A DNA stretch of 64,000 nucleotides from NCBI GenBank assembly GCA_963753595.1, contig CAVWCX010000006.1:1-64000 (forward strand), written 5' to 3'. The stretch's first letter is position 1. The number at the start of each line of letters is the position of its first letter. The position numbers and the translations under genes were made by a program. This document shows positions 18,501 to 26,528 of the stretch, piece by piece. Source of the stretch: Candidatus Methanoperedenaceae archaeon (GTDB taxonomy: Archaea; Halobacteriota; Methanosarcinia; Methanosarcinales; Methanoperedenaceae). Under the pieces are notes generated by a model. The model was not told where the DNA came from and did not search any database. It saw only the letters and a list, made by a program, of their open reading frames with translations.

Positions 18501-18600
18501 GACAGAAGCTGTGGCAGCAGTCAGAAACTACCTGCATGGCGGCGGAATTTCCAAGGCAGATGCTGTAGCAGTAGTCAGGGCATACTTACACCCTACTTAG
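15529..18600 (+). CDS. large Thr/Val/Asn-rich cell-surface glycoprotein/adhesin with Ig-like repeats and a C-terminal dockerin-like motif
   Basis: Signal peptide (GPASA/A); three ~135-140-aa repeats; Big_1/Big_2-like domains; many NxT/S sequons; WDADSNGIISKTEA...GISKADA at the end. Confidence 0.8.
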   Translation: MTKKLNSFKNIFSVLMALLLLGIAAGPASAAITVTGGGNNIIAGAPSQAVNTINITSGAAADLSTTISIAVPSGLTFNNTPSDLFIGTIGVVMVGTPVVTSTLITIPVTQSSAAGNSVLVNGIKLDVSPTATVGSNSLTITSLGGATTGSVAVTKPTNTHTSKPLAKGQNGQAINDVVVASVTTGDIGTGTYINLTIPSDVGVTFNTSVSTSGLITTTGTGIKNIAVTPYTVSAIINATLNATETVTFTTGVQLNVTSTATNFSYNVITTAVNTSSQAVTTVVQNNDTYVVPTNTHTSKALVKGQTGQAINAIVVQSVVTNDIGNNTYINLTIPSGVGVTFNTSVSTSGLILTNNSAGLRSIAVTANTVSAILNASLTATDNVTFTTGIQLNVTGTPTNFSYSVTTTAASAGSQAVTTTVQNNDTFVAPRITYAGDTVYLDLDGQTGKAISAVVVQSVVTNDIGNNTYINLTIPSDVGVTFDTSVSTSGLILTNNSAGLRSVTVTANTVSAIINASLTATDNVTFTTGIKINVTSSATAGTVNFTVKTTAANTGSQEVSQEYTTAGITKTIVTASTINSPDDVTSLGLGNITTLTWTVTNATSSSNFGGKRVNFATNGTPSSLNISYGTTSSAGTVSVNFTAPATTGTYNVTATIDGTTVSDVVNITVIAGSPTKLAIIPDTPKLAPTGVATITVKAQDASGNNVTTGPGVNDSVRLAVGGDAFVTSTNPVNMSNGTATFTVQKSTPGSTGLTALDENGTSPILNYATGTQVFTLDIGSIVLTPSTTSLAVNGSVATLSVQLYDVNGNPLALPGQSITITSSNTSLATVGTSPATSNANGIAVSNLTSKNVTGGTVSVNATITNQTGVTLYSNVSVSLVPATAAPTLTTITVTPATASVVVNGTVNFTATSKDQFLANMTGIIITWNSSNSTVGTINSTGVFTALANGTTTITATNGSVTSNLVTVTVTSISVLPPAVAAWDADSNGIISKTEAVAAVRNYLHGGGISKADAVAVVRAYLHPT
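15998..17200 (+). repeat. three intragenic tandem repeats (~410-420 bp)
   Basis: 16468-16696 recurs almost identically at +420; the first copy is more diverged. Confidence 0.85.
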
Positions 18601-18619
18601 ACAAAGCAACAAAATTTAA

Positions 18620-18659
18620 GTTGGTATTCCAAAAGGAATATCAACAACTTTATTTTTTT
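18620..18659 (+). terminator. hairpin + T-tract terminator
   Basis: gttggtattcc-aaaa-ggaatatcaac followed by tttattttttt. Confidence 0.65.
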
Positions 18660-19179
18660 AATAATACAGACTCTTATTATCTATCTGGACCTTTGCCATC
18701 TCTACAGCATGTTTTGTATATTCTGTCCTGCTTATTTTCCCCCGGGTCAGCCATCCGATAATACCTTCAACGTATCCTATATCAGGTTTACCAGTGAGGG
18801 GAATAAATGCCTGTGATATAGTTATTCCTTCATCCAGGACTCGTTTTGTGCATACGGGAGGATATTCAAAAGCTGGCCCAAGACCAAGGTAGATACGCGT
18901 GCCGTCAAAGATTGCACAGCAGCAGAAGTTCATATAACCGCTTATGGTTCCAGGAACGGGGGATATGCCGTCTTCGATCCCAACCGAATATTCACAATCT
19001 TTGAAAACCGATCTTGCCCTCGTAATTGCACCTTTAGTGATCTCATCAATGCTCGTGGGTTGCTCGCTGACCCCGGAATTGCATGCCACACCTTTTACAT
19101 AATATGACTTGAAGACCTCCTGTACGGCCATTATTTTGTTCTTGTTCAAAGAGGCAACAATAATCACTTTTCCAGGCAT
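18658..19179 (-). CDS. yjjX: inosine/xanthosine triphosphatase (YjjX/DUF84)
   Basis: ASLNKNK, SGVSEQP, GAITRA, VGIEDG, GIIGWLT...SRTEY; ATG 19179 preferred. Confidence 0.85.
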   Translation of the reverse strand: MPGKVIIVASLNKNKIMAVQEVFKSYYVKGVACNSGVSEQPTSIDEITKGAITRARSVFKDCEYSVGIEDGISPVPGTISGYMNFCCCAIFDGTRIYLGLGPAFEYPPVCTKRVLDEGITISQAFIPLTGKPDIGYVEGIIGWLTRGKISRTEYTKHAVEMAKVQIDNKSLYY

Positions 19180-19685
19180 AACTTTCCTTTTTTCTTGAAA
19201 TATTTCCATCCGGTCTTACAAAGATGAACTCTTCCGATCGGGTCTTCTCTTACCCAGTCCATAAGGTAGAAGAACTGCGCTTTGTATTCGTCCACTGTTT
19301 CCTCGATGATTGGAGGCGGATCAGGGACACCAAGCCTTCGAAGATATTCAATGAACATCTCCTCCCCTTTCTGTTGGGCAATACCATCAATTTTCCTGAC
19401 TGTGAATTTATAGCCCTCATTTTTAAGCCATTGTGCTGTCTTATCATGGACACAGCCTGAGCATATCTCTATTTCCTCATCTTTCGGGACATTCAATTTA
19501 TTAATGCCTTCTTCAACAATATTTTTTGCCCCGGTAAGATAAGCCTTTTTCTTGAACATTTCCAGGTTGAAATATTCTATCGGGATAATATCATAATATA
19601 TCTCGAACGTCTCTTTCCTGACAACGATGATCCCCACACCTCCAATGGGTGTTCCCCACCCCTGGTCATCAACCTGGATCGTCAT
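19164..19685 (-). CDS. hypothetical protein with RNase HII-like N-terminal motif
   Basis: IQVDDQGWGTPIGG resembles the RNase HII GxDEAGRGPxxG motif; overlaps yjjX. Confidence 0.6.
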   Translation of the reverse strand: MTIQVDDQGWGTPIGGVGIIVVRKETFEIYYDIIPIEYFNLEMFKKKAYLTGAKNIVEEGINKLNVPKDEEIEICSGCVHDKTAQWLKNEGYKFTVRKIDGIAQQKGEEMFIEYLRRLGVPDPPPIIEETVDEYKAQFFYLMDWVREDPIGRVHLCKTGWKYFKKKGKLCLEK

Positions 19686-20134
19686 AACCTATTGATATAT
19701 TTTTAAATATATGATGGTATCTGTAATCTGAGTTAATATCAGTCTTTGCAAAAAATGTATGATAATTATAATCAAAAAATTGATTCGAAAGATATATAAC
19801 TTATAAGTATTATTATCATGATATGAGGTTAATTAATTCGTTATGAATCATCAAATTAAAGTTTCATTGATAGAAGATTTGAAGAGAATAAAGGGCGGAT
19901 ATAGACCAAAAAACCATTTATTTTTATTATATAATATTATGTATATATTTGTTTTCTTCAACCTATCGATTACACAATTAATGCGAAGTTATTTCCACTC
20001 AATTGAAGATAAGATTTCGCAGAACACACATGATTTATTTGCAAAAAACAATAATGAGTCAATAAAAATCAATGTAAATCTCAGGCATTGAAACTAGTAT
20101 TAAAATATTCCATATTCTTTATTCACTGATCAAA

Positions 20135-22087
20135 TCACTCTGCTTCTATTATTTCTTTAGCGAAATCCATCAATTCTTTCGATGGGTCACATCCTTCTTT
20201 TGTGATTGCAAAACATTCTTCATTCATGTATGCATCATTAACCATCTTACTTTCTGGAATAACGGCTACTACTTTTGAATCGAGAGTTTTCTCAATTTCA
20301 TCTATCAATTCAGGGTCACGTTTGTATCTATTTAATATCACACCCAGAATCTTGACATTCTTTTTATCCAGAAGTATTTTTATATTTACAGCATCCAATA
20401 TAGAAGGCTTGTTTGAATTAACAACGAGCAATACTTCAATATCATTACCTGATAATACATCTATAGCTTCTCTGCCAGGGGGCATATCAAGTATAATATA
20501 ATCATTGTCAAAAGGAAGATTTCTTAGCAAGTCAGTTATTTTTTGTGTTGTATCTTCTTTGCTGTAACCTTCCAGCATAACTCCTGGGGGAATTATTTTT
20601 ATCCCTTCAGGCCCTGCATATGTAACGCGATCTAACCCCATCCTTCCTTCTAAAACATCGATCAGGCCAACTGGAGTACTTTTCAAGCCGATAATTATTT
20701 CAAGATTAGGCATGGCCAGATCCAGATCCATCACGGTAACTTTTTTATGTAACTTTGAAAGCATTATTCCAAGATTGGCTGCAATAGTAGTTTTACCTAC
20801 GCCGCCTTTGCCGCTTGCAATGGCTATGATATGATATCTTCTTTTAATTCCTGGCCCTTTATTTTCTTCTTTTGTTTCTTTTTTATAATTTTTTTCCTCC
20901 GGGATATACTTTCTCAGAGATAAAAGCAAAATTGCAGCTATAAATATTAATATAATTGTTCCATATATATTAAATGAACTAATTTCTATAATATGATTAA
21001 CGCCCTTTTCGAATCCACCATTTGAAATAATATTTTGATCTGTCCCCTCTTCGTAGACCCATACATCATCAACCCAGAAAGTCCCATAACCGTTCAAGAT
21101 GTTTGCATAGACGTAAATATAAGAAGTATTAGAACGTGTTTGGAAATTCATCTTTTTTTGAGTCCAGTCATTCGTGCCTTTGCTGAACTCAGGGAGGTTT
21201 TTCTGTCGCACCACCTTCTTGTTGGAGTCAAGTTCCACTATCCTTACCATTGGCGCCATGCCACCTGCTTTTAAAGTCTTTCCCCATGCTGAGGAATTAT
21301 AATTTGTCTCAGGTTTCACGGGAATTTCATTGCTCCTCCATATACCGGACATCTGATTTTTATTTCCCATTATCTCGATCCTGGCTGAATGGCTGCCGTT
21401 ATGAGAGACTATTGGATCCCATGATGTATTACTGGTAAACTGCCATCCTTCCACAAAGTTTCCCAATCTTACTTCATCTTTCAAATTTTCATCAACTTGA
21501 TAAAACCAGAATAGAGGTAATGTAATAGCCAATAATATTCCTGCCAGAGCAAATGCTTTCATAGTTCTGTTTAATCCATTTTTACCGCCATAAAGTGACA
21601 TGACTGTTCCAACAATGATAGTAACAATTATCCCTGCAAGAAGGACTTCTGCATCGGCAATCCCATACCAATCGGGCTTATAATCAATTATCCCGATACC
21701 AAAACGGTGCATTGATAATGGCCATAAAAATGCATATGCAGGGTTGTAGACCAACGCATCTTCCAGCATGTGGGCTCCAAACCCAATGCCTGCGAATATG
21801 GAAGAATCTTTGAATTTCATACCTGTCGTTTTTAACAGAGACCCGACAAACACTGCAAAGAGGAATAGGGCTACCATGTTATGAAAATCACCGTGTTGCA
21901 AAGGAATTCCATTGATAAGGATACCAATGCCTAATTCACTAAACATATACCCTGCAAATATATCAAGATCCGGCGCCAGAGCAGCAGCTATTATGATCCA
22001 GGAATAATCCCGGCCTGTTTTTTTTTTGTGGATCATACTTGCGATTATCGCGATGGAAGCAGAGTATATGATGTGTTCTAAGAGCAT
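20135..22087 (-). CDS. fusion: YdjM-like membrane metal-dependent hydrolase - CBM4_9-like - TM - MinD/ParA ATPase
   Basis: EH...APDLD...HGDFHN...HMLED; W...Y..SAW...FWVDDV; TM helix; deviant Walker A ASGKGGVGKTT, DLDLAMPNL, ILDMPPG, GVILNR. Confidence 0.8.
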   Translation of the reverse strand: MLLEHIIYSASIAIIASMIHKKKTGRDYSWIIIAAALAPDLDIFAGYMFSELGIGILINGIPLQHGDFHNMVALFLFAVFVGSLLKTTGMKFKDSSIFAGIGFGAHMLEDALVYNPAYAFLWPLSMHRFGIGIIDYKPDWYGIADAEVLLAGIIVTIIVGTVMSLYGGKNGLNRTMKAFALAGILLAITLPLFWFYQVDENLKDEVRLGNFVEGWQFTSNTSWDPIVSHNGSHSARIEIMGNKNQMSGIWRSNEIPVKPETNYNSSAWGKTLKAGGMAPMVRIVELDSNKKVVRQKNLPEFSKGTNDWTQKKMNFQTRSNTSYIYVYANILNGYGTFWVDDVWVYEEGTDQNIISNGGFEKGVNHIIEISSFNIYGTIILIFIAAILLLSLRKYIPEEKNYKKETKEENKGPGIKRRYHIIAIASGKGGVGKTTIAANLGIMLSKLHKKVTVMDLDLAMPNLEIIIGLKSTPVGLIDVLEGRMGLDRVTYAGPEGIKIIPPGVMLEGYSKEDTTQKITDLLRNLPFDNDYIILDMPPGREAIDVLSGNDIEVLLVVNSNKPSILDAVNIKILLDKKNVKILGVILNRYKRDPELIDEIEKTLDSKVVAVIPESKMVNDAYMNEECFAITKEGCDPSKELMDFAKEIIEAE

Positions 22088-22091
22088 TTTT

Positions 22092-22754
22092 CTATTTATC
22101 AATTATAATTTCAGCTTTTTCTTCCTTCAAATCTAATATTAATTTTTTTGCACTTCTGCCTTCCTTGAGGGGTTCAAAGAAAATCGAACCTTCTCTAAGT
22201 GCTTTTGCTGCTAAATTTTTCTGAACTATTTCTGAACTTCTTTTCACCTGCACTTTTTCATATTGGAACCCTATATTATCTAATATCACAGTGGAAGGAC
22301 CTATGGTAAATGGTTTTTCTTTAGTATCTATGTTTTTAACAGTTATCCAGACATTCATGTAAAGGAACGAGGAGGATACTTTTGTTACATTGATTTCAAA
22401 TCCATTAATTATTAATGGAGTACCCATCTTTCCTAAAACAAATGTAGTTGTATTTGGCGTACGTGCCTGGGTTATTTTAGGCGTAGGTGCCGTGGTTTTC
22501 TTTGGTGTAGTAAAAATATTAATGGATGAATTATTGCCACTGTTTGAAGAGTTAGTTTTTATGACCGGAATTATACTATTATTCTGTTCTATATTTTTAT
22601 CTAAATACGAATAATATATTGTCAAAGCAGAGAGAATTACAACCATGGCCACTACTATATTGATATATTTTTTTGGAGATGTCTTTCCTTTCTGTCTTTC
22701 TTTCCACCCTCTAAATGAAGAACGTTTCTCCATTATCTTTTTTTCATCATCCAT
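22092..22754 (-). CDS. membrane-anchored DUF4352-like Ig-fold protein
   Basis: N-terminal TM, low-complexity linker, VWITVKN...LDNIGFQY...REGSIFFE. Confidence 0.65.
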   Translation of the reverse strand: MDDEKKIMEKRSSFRGWKERQKGKTSPKKYINIVVAMVVILSALTIYYSYLDKNIEQNNSIIPVIKTNSSNSGNNSSINIFTTPKKTTAPTPKITQARTPNTTTFVLGKMGTPLIINGFEINVTKVSSSFLYMNVWITVKNIDTKEKPFTIGPSTVILDNIGFQYEKVQVKRSSEIVQKNLAAKALREGSIFFEPLKEGRSAKKLILDLKEEKAEIIIDK

Positions 22755-23063
22755 ATTTTTATTTCCTCAATTCTTATATTCTTTAACAATTGATCCACAA
22801 GATAAAAAAAGTTATTGGAAAGATTACATTATTATACGGTAACTCCTATGTGAACGGAAATTGTCAAGAATAAGAATAATATTTTTCACAGGATTTTTGG
22901 ATCTAATTTCTGTCGAAAATTCATAGACATCTTCTCTTTTTGAATTATCCTTAAAGTTAATTATAGAGTTTCCATTCAATGTATAAGATACAAACGAATT
23001 TGCTCTTACTTTGTTGTATTTTTACAGATTGTCGGTTTTGTAAACGACCATAATCTTTGAGTA

Positions 23064-23115
23064 TTTTGCGTGGGTGTAAAATATTTAACAACAAAAGATT
23101 TTGCATCACACAAAA
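23064..23115. repeat. ~52-bp imperfect palindrome, second partial copy at 45377-45410
   Basis: Arms ttttgcgtgggtgtaaaat / attttgcatcacacaaaa; 23078-23102 is the reverse complement of 45386-45410 at 24/25 nt. Confidence 0.7.
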
Positions 23116-23503
23116 CAATAACTGTTAATAAGGTTTTTCATGCTTCATGCATGAGTCATGGGTTCATTATCGTTTGATTATATGGTAAAAACTATTATAT
23201 GATAATAATCATTATGATGATTTTTATGAACATGGGGTTCTTGCTGATGTTCATCTCTTCTTTTGAACATGCAACCAAAATTAACTAGTTCAAATTTCGA
23301 TTTGATACAAAATATTACCAGATCAGGCCTTTGTTCCCATGGATATTCATACGGGGGTGGGATATCTCAACCCATTTTTACACACAGTGCAAACGTTACA
23401 TACAATGTTCGTATGTATGTGAATTTGGTGGGGCAAAACAAACCTTTCAATGAAGTTTTTCAGTTGAGAAAAATCGGGGCGCTATTAAAATTGGGGGAAG
23501 TAG

Positions 23504-26251
23504 ATGAATAAGATACTATTGTTATTAATTGCACTTATGCTGATATCGGTATTGAATATAGCATCGGCAAGTGATATCTCGATAAATTCTACGGATCATT
23601 TTATTGAAATCAATGGAACAAAAAATTTTATATATGGTATGTATCAGATATGTGATACTTACCCCATTCTTGCAGAAAATTATCCCTATCAACCGTGTGC
23701 TACTTTTTTGGATTGGTTTGATAATATGACCTATTCACAATCAACTTTAAACGCCGCTTCATCGAGAGTTACCAGAGATGCAGAACTCATGGCTCTTTTT
23801 GATTCAGCGGGTATATATGCAAGCGCAACAGGGTTAGATAATTCACCAAATAATCTTGCATCAGTTCGTAACAATTCGTTTTTCTGGGGCTATAAAACAT
23901 ATCCTGACGAGCCGTCTAACGGAGCTAATGCAACAATAATCAATACAAGATTTGCAACAGCATTAAATCGGACAAATGCGATTCGTGCAGCTGACCCAAA
24001 TCATCTAGTTACAGTAACAAATTATGGATATAAAAGCGCAAGTGGAATAAACGTAACGCAGATCGCGGATATCTTAGAATTTGACCCTTATAACCTGAGA
24101 ACAAATTGTGGAAGTTATACATATTATTTATACAGTTCATGCACTGAAGTTGGTTATCATATAGATGATTGGTTATTTGCACAGGAATTTAATTTAGACA
24201 CACAACTTCTTCAACCCGCCGGAGTTACATCATTGGATGAATTTCAGATGCCTGTATTTCATGTATATTCTATGCAGAATAAAACACCCCACACTTCAGG
24301 GGGTTATAAATATTATAATCCTACAAAAGAACAACTCAGAGCTACTACTTATTGGGCTATAACCGTAGGATATAAAGGTATTCTTGGTTGGACAAATGCA
24401 TTCATAAATCCGCGTGACTCTTTTAGTTTAAATGGAACTGGTGCGAATAGAACTGCTGCAAGAATAATTAATGACATAGGTGGGGAAATAAACAGCCAAG
24501 AAATTAAAAACATATTAGTTCTTCCAAGTAAAAATCATTCTCGTTTTTATGGGTTACCACAAGATAATTATATCTCATTTTCTAAAAACCCTACAAGACA
24601 TGTATATTGGACTGATAGATATTCTCTATCATATAGATATTATCAGAACACTTCAAGTGGAAAAGATTATTTAATTGTTGCAAATAAACGAAATCAATCA
24701 ATAGACGATGTGGTTGTAACAATATCTGGAATGTCCGGTACTAAAACCGCACGAACCATCGGTCAAGATGGGGCTGGTAGTAGTGCACCAAACAGGATAA
24801 TAACAGTAACAAACGGCGCATTCACAGATTCTTTTGATGCTTATGCTGGACATGTTTATGAAATCTCATCAATTCAATCTGCACCAATAATCAGATCATA
24901 CAGCAATTCAATAAATAATAATGCTACAAATTCAATCACCATAAACACTTCTGAATCAGTTACTTTCAATGCAACAGCAAACCAGAGCATAACAAAATGG
25001 ACATGGATGGTTGGTGGTATATCTGACGGTAACGGGACAGACAAATATCATATATCCTGGTTAACTGGTGGTGTCCGTGATGTGGCAGTCATTGCATCAA
25101 ATGCCAATGGTAACACCCAAACAATTACATGGGCAGTAACAGTTACTCCATCATCGAACACTGATCCAAAGGTGGGGTATGGTGGCGTACCATTTAGTTC
25201 ATATAACTCTAATTTTGACCATACTACAGTGAATAAAGGTGATAATAAAGTCACTGTCGGGTTGTTAGCAGATAACTGTGATGATGGAACAAGCGATTGG
25301 TGGAACACTAAGTGGACTTGTACAAAAGGCGTACTGACACCGACAAACAAAATTAACAGAACAGAGGCAAGGCAGAATATAACAAATGAGTACACGGACG
25401 TAACCCTATTTGTAAAAACCAATGAATCTATAATAGGTCTATGGGATGCAACACTTAGGGACCTAAAATCAAGAAACTCTGTTTATAAGCGATATTATTA
25501 TGGAAAAACCTCCTCTTTGAACTTCATACAGACAGATGAAGGGTGGACGATTTTAAACAGTACAGGTACATCACGGATTATAAATACAGATTATTATAAT
25601 ATTTTTGATATTTCAGGGAAGAATCTGAATTTCTATTCTAGCACTGACTCTTTTGCATCCGCAAAGGCGATAGTTAGATTATCCGCAACAAATTCAACAT
25701 ATTCATCTGGTGATTATATTTCGTTATCAGGTACGAATATAACATTCGATGATATCAGACTTATTGAACATGATAGGTATGTTGGCTCATTGAAATCTCA
25801 TTATTCTGCAGGTACAGGGAATCAAACCGAAAGCATAAGAACCAATGTCACAACTCCTGCAAATACAAATTATACTGTCAGTTACCGTCAGAAAAATACG
25901 GGTTCATGGATCCCAATAGGGGGAACTTATACTGGAAACCAAACGCTTTTTATCTCTGGAACAAAATACCAGGATACAGAGATCAATATCACATTATTTG
26001 GAAATGGAACAGCGTTCCCGGATATTGAAACTGTTGAGTTCATAAGGGAACAAGCATCAGCAAGTAGAGTCAATCTGCGCTATGATGTAAATGAGGATGG
26101 AATCGTGGATAACAGTGACCTGATATTAGCTAGTCAGCATTTCAATGAGGATGTTTCAATTCCTTACCCGAGATACGATGTGAATATGGATGGGTTGGTC
26201 GATATTAACGATATTACAATCATAGGTAAGCACGTTGGTGAAAATGTTTGA
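23504..26251 (+). CDS. secreted glycoside-hydrolase-like protein with PKD/Ig domain and C-terminal dockerin
   Basis: Signal peptide; GY..YPDEP, ADILEFDPY, AITVGYKGILGW, FTDSFDAYAGHVY shared with 26529-28925; duplicated Ca-loop DVNEDGIVDNSD / DVNMDGLVDIND. Confidence 0.75.
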   Translation: MNKILLLLIALMLISVLNIASASDISINSTDHFIEINGTKNFIYGMYQICDTYPILAENYPYQPCATFLDWFDNMTYSQSTLNAASSRVTRDAELMALFDSAGIYASATGLDNSPNNLASVRNNSFFWGYKTYPDEPSNGANATIINTRFATALNRTNAIRAADPNHLVTVTNYGYKSASGINVTQIADILEFDPYNLRTNCGSYTYYLYSSCTEVGYHIDDWLFAQEFNLDTQLLQPAGVTSLDEFQMPVFHVYSMQNKTPHTSGGYKYYNPTKEQLRATTYWAITVGYKGILGWTNAFINPRDSFSLNGTGANRTAARIINDIGGEINSQEIKNILVLPSKNHSRFYGLPQDNYISFSKNPTRHVYWTDRYSLSYRYYQNTSSGKDYLIVANKRNQSIDDVVVTISGMSGTKTARTIGQDGAGSSAPNRIITVTNGAFTDSFDAYAGHVYEISSIQSAPIIRSYSNSINNNATNSITINTSESVTFNATANQSITKWTWMVGGISDGNGTDKYHISWLTGGVRDVAVIASNANGNTQTITWAVTVTPSSNTDPKVGYGGVPFSSYNSNFDHTTVNKGDNKVTVGLLADNCDDGTSDWWNTKWTCTKGVLTPTNKINRTEARQNITNEYTDVTLFVKTNESIIGLWDATLRDLKSRNSVYKRYYYGKTSSLNFIQTDEGWTILNSTGTSRIINTDYYNIFDISGKNLNFYSSTDSFASAKAIVRLSATNSTYSSGDYISLSGTNITFDDIRLIEHDRYVGSLKSHYSAGTGNQTESIRTNVTTPANTNYTVSYRQKNTGSWIPIGGTYTGNQTLFISGTKYQDTEINITLFGNGTAFPDIETVEFIREQASASRVNLRYDVNEDGIVDNSDLILASQHFNEDVSIPYPRYDVNMDGLVDINDITIIGKHVGENV

Positions 26252-26528
26252 AGTTGTCCATAAAAACAAGCTATTTTTTGACTTAATTATAAAAAATTAG
26301 TAATATTAAACGTTTAAAACCAAAAAAAAATTATAATATATCTTTAAAAACTCAGATAAACAATAAAAACTGTCGTTTAATATAAGTTAAATTAATGTAT
26401 CCAGTATTTTTATTGTTGCGAAGAAATCATTATTATCGAGATTTATATGAGCATCCTTAATGGGGATGATTATAAGTTATATTAATGAATGTGTGGTAAT
26501 AATGATACTAATAAGGAGACTTGAATAA

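Noticed and set aside
19843-20091. 82-aa AT-rich ORF
   Set aside because: A possible SD exists, but composition looks non-coding and no motif supports it
23263-23511. 82-aa ORF before the GH-dockerin gene
   Set aside because: TTG start and no recognisable features
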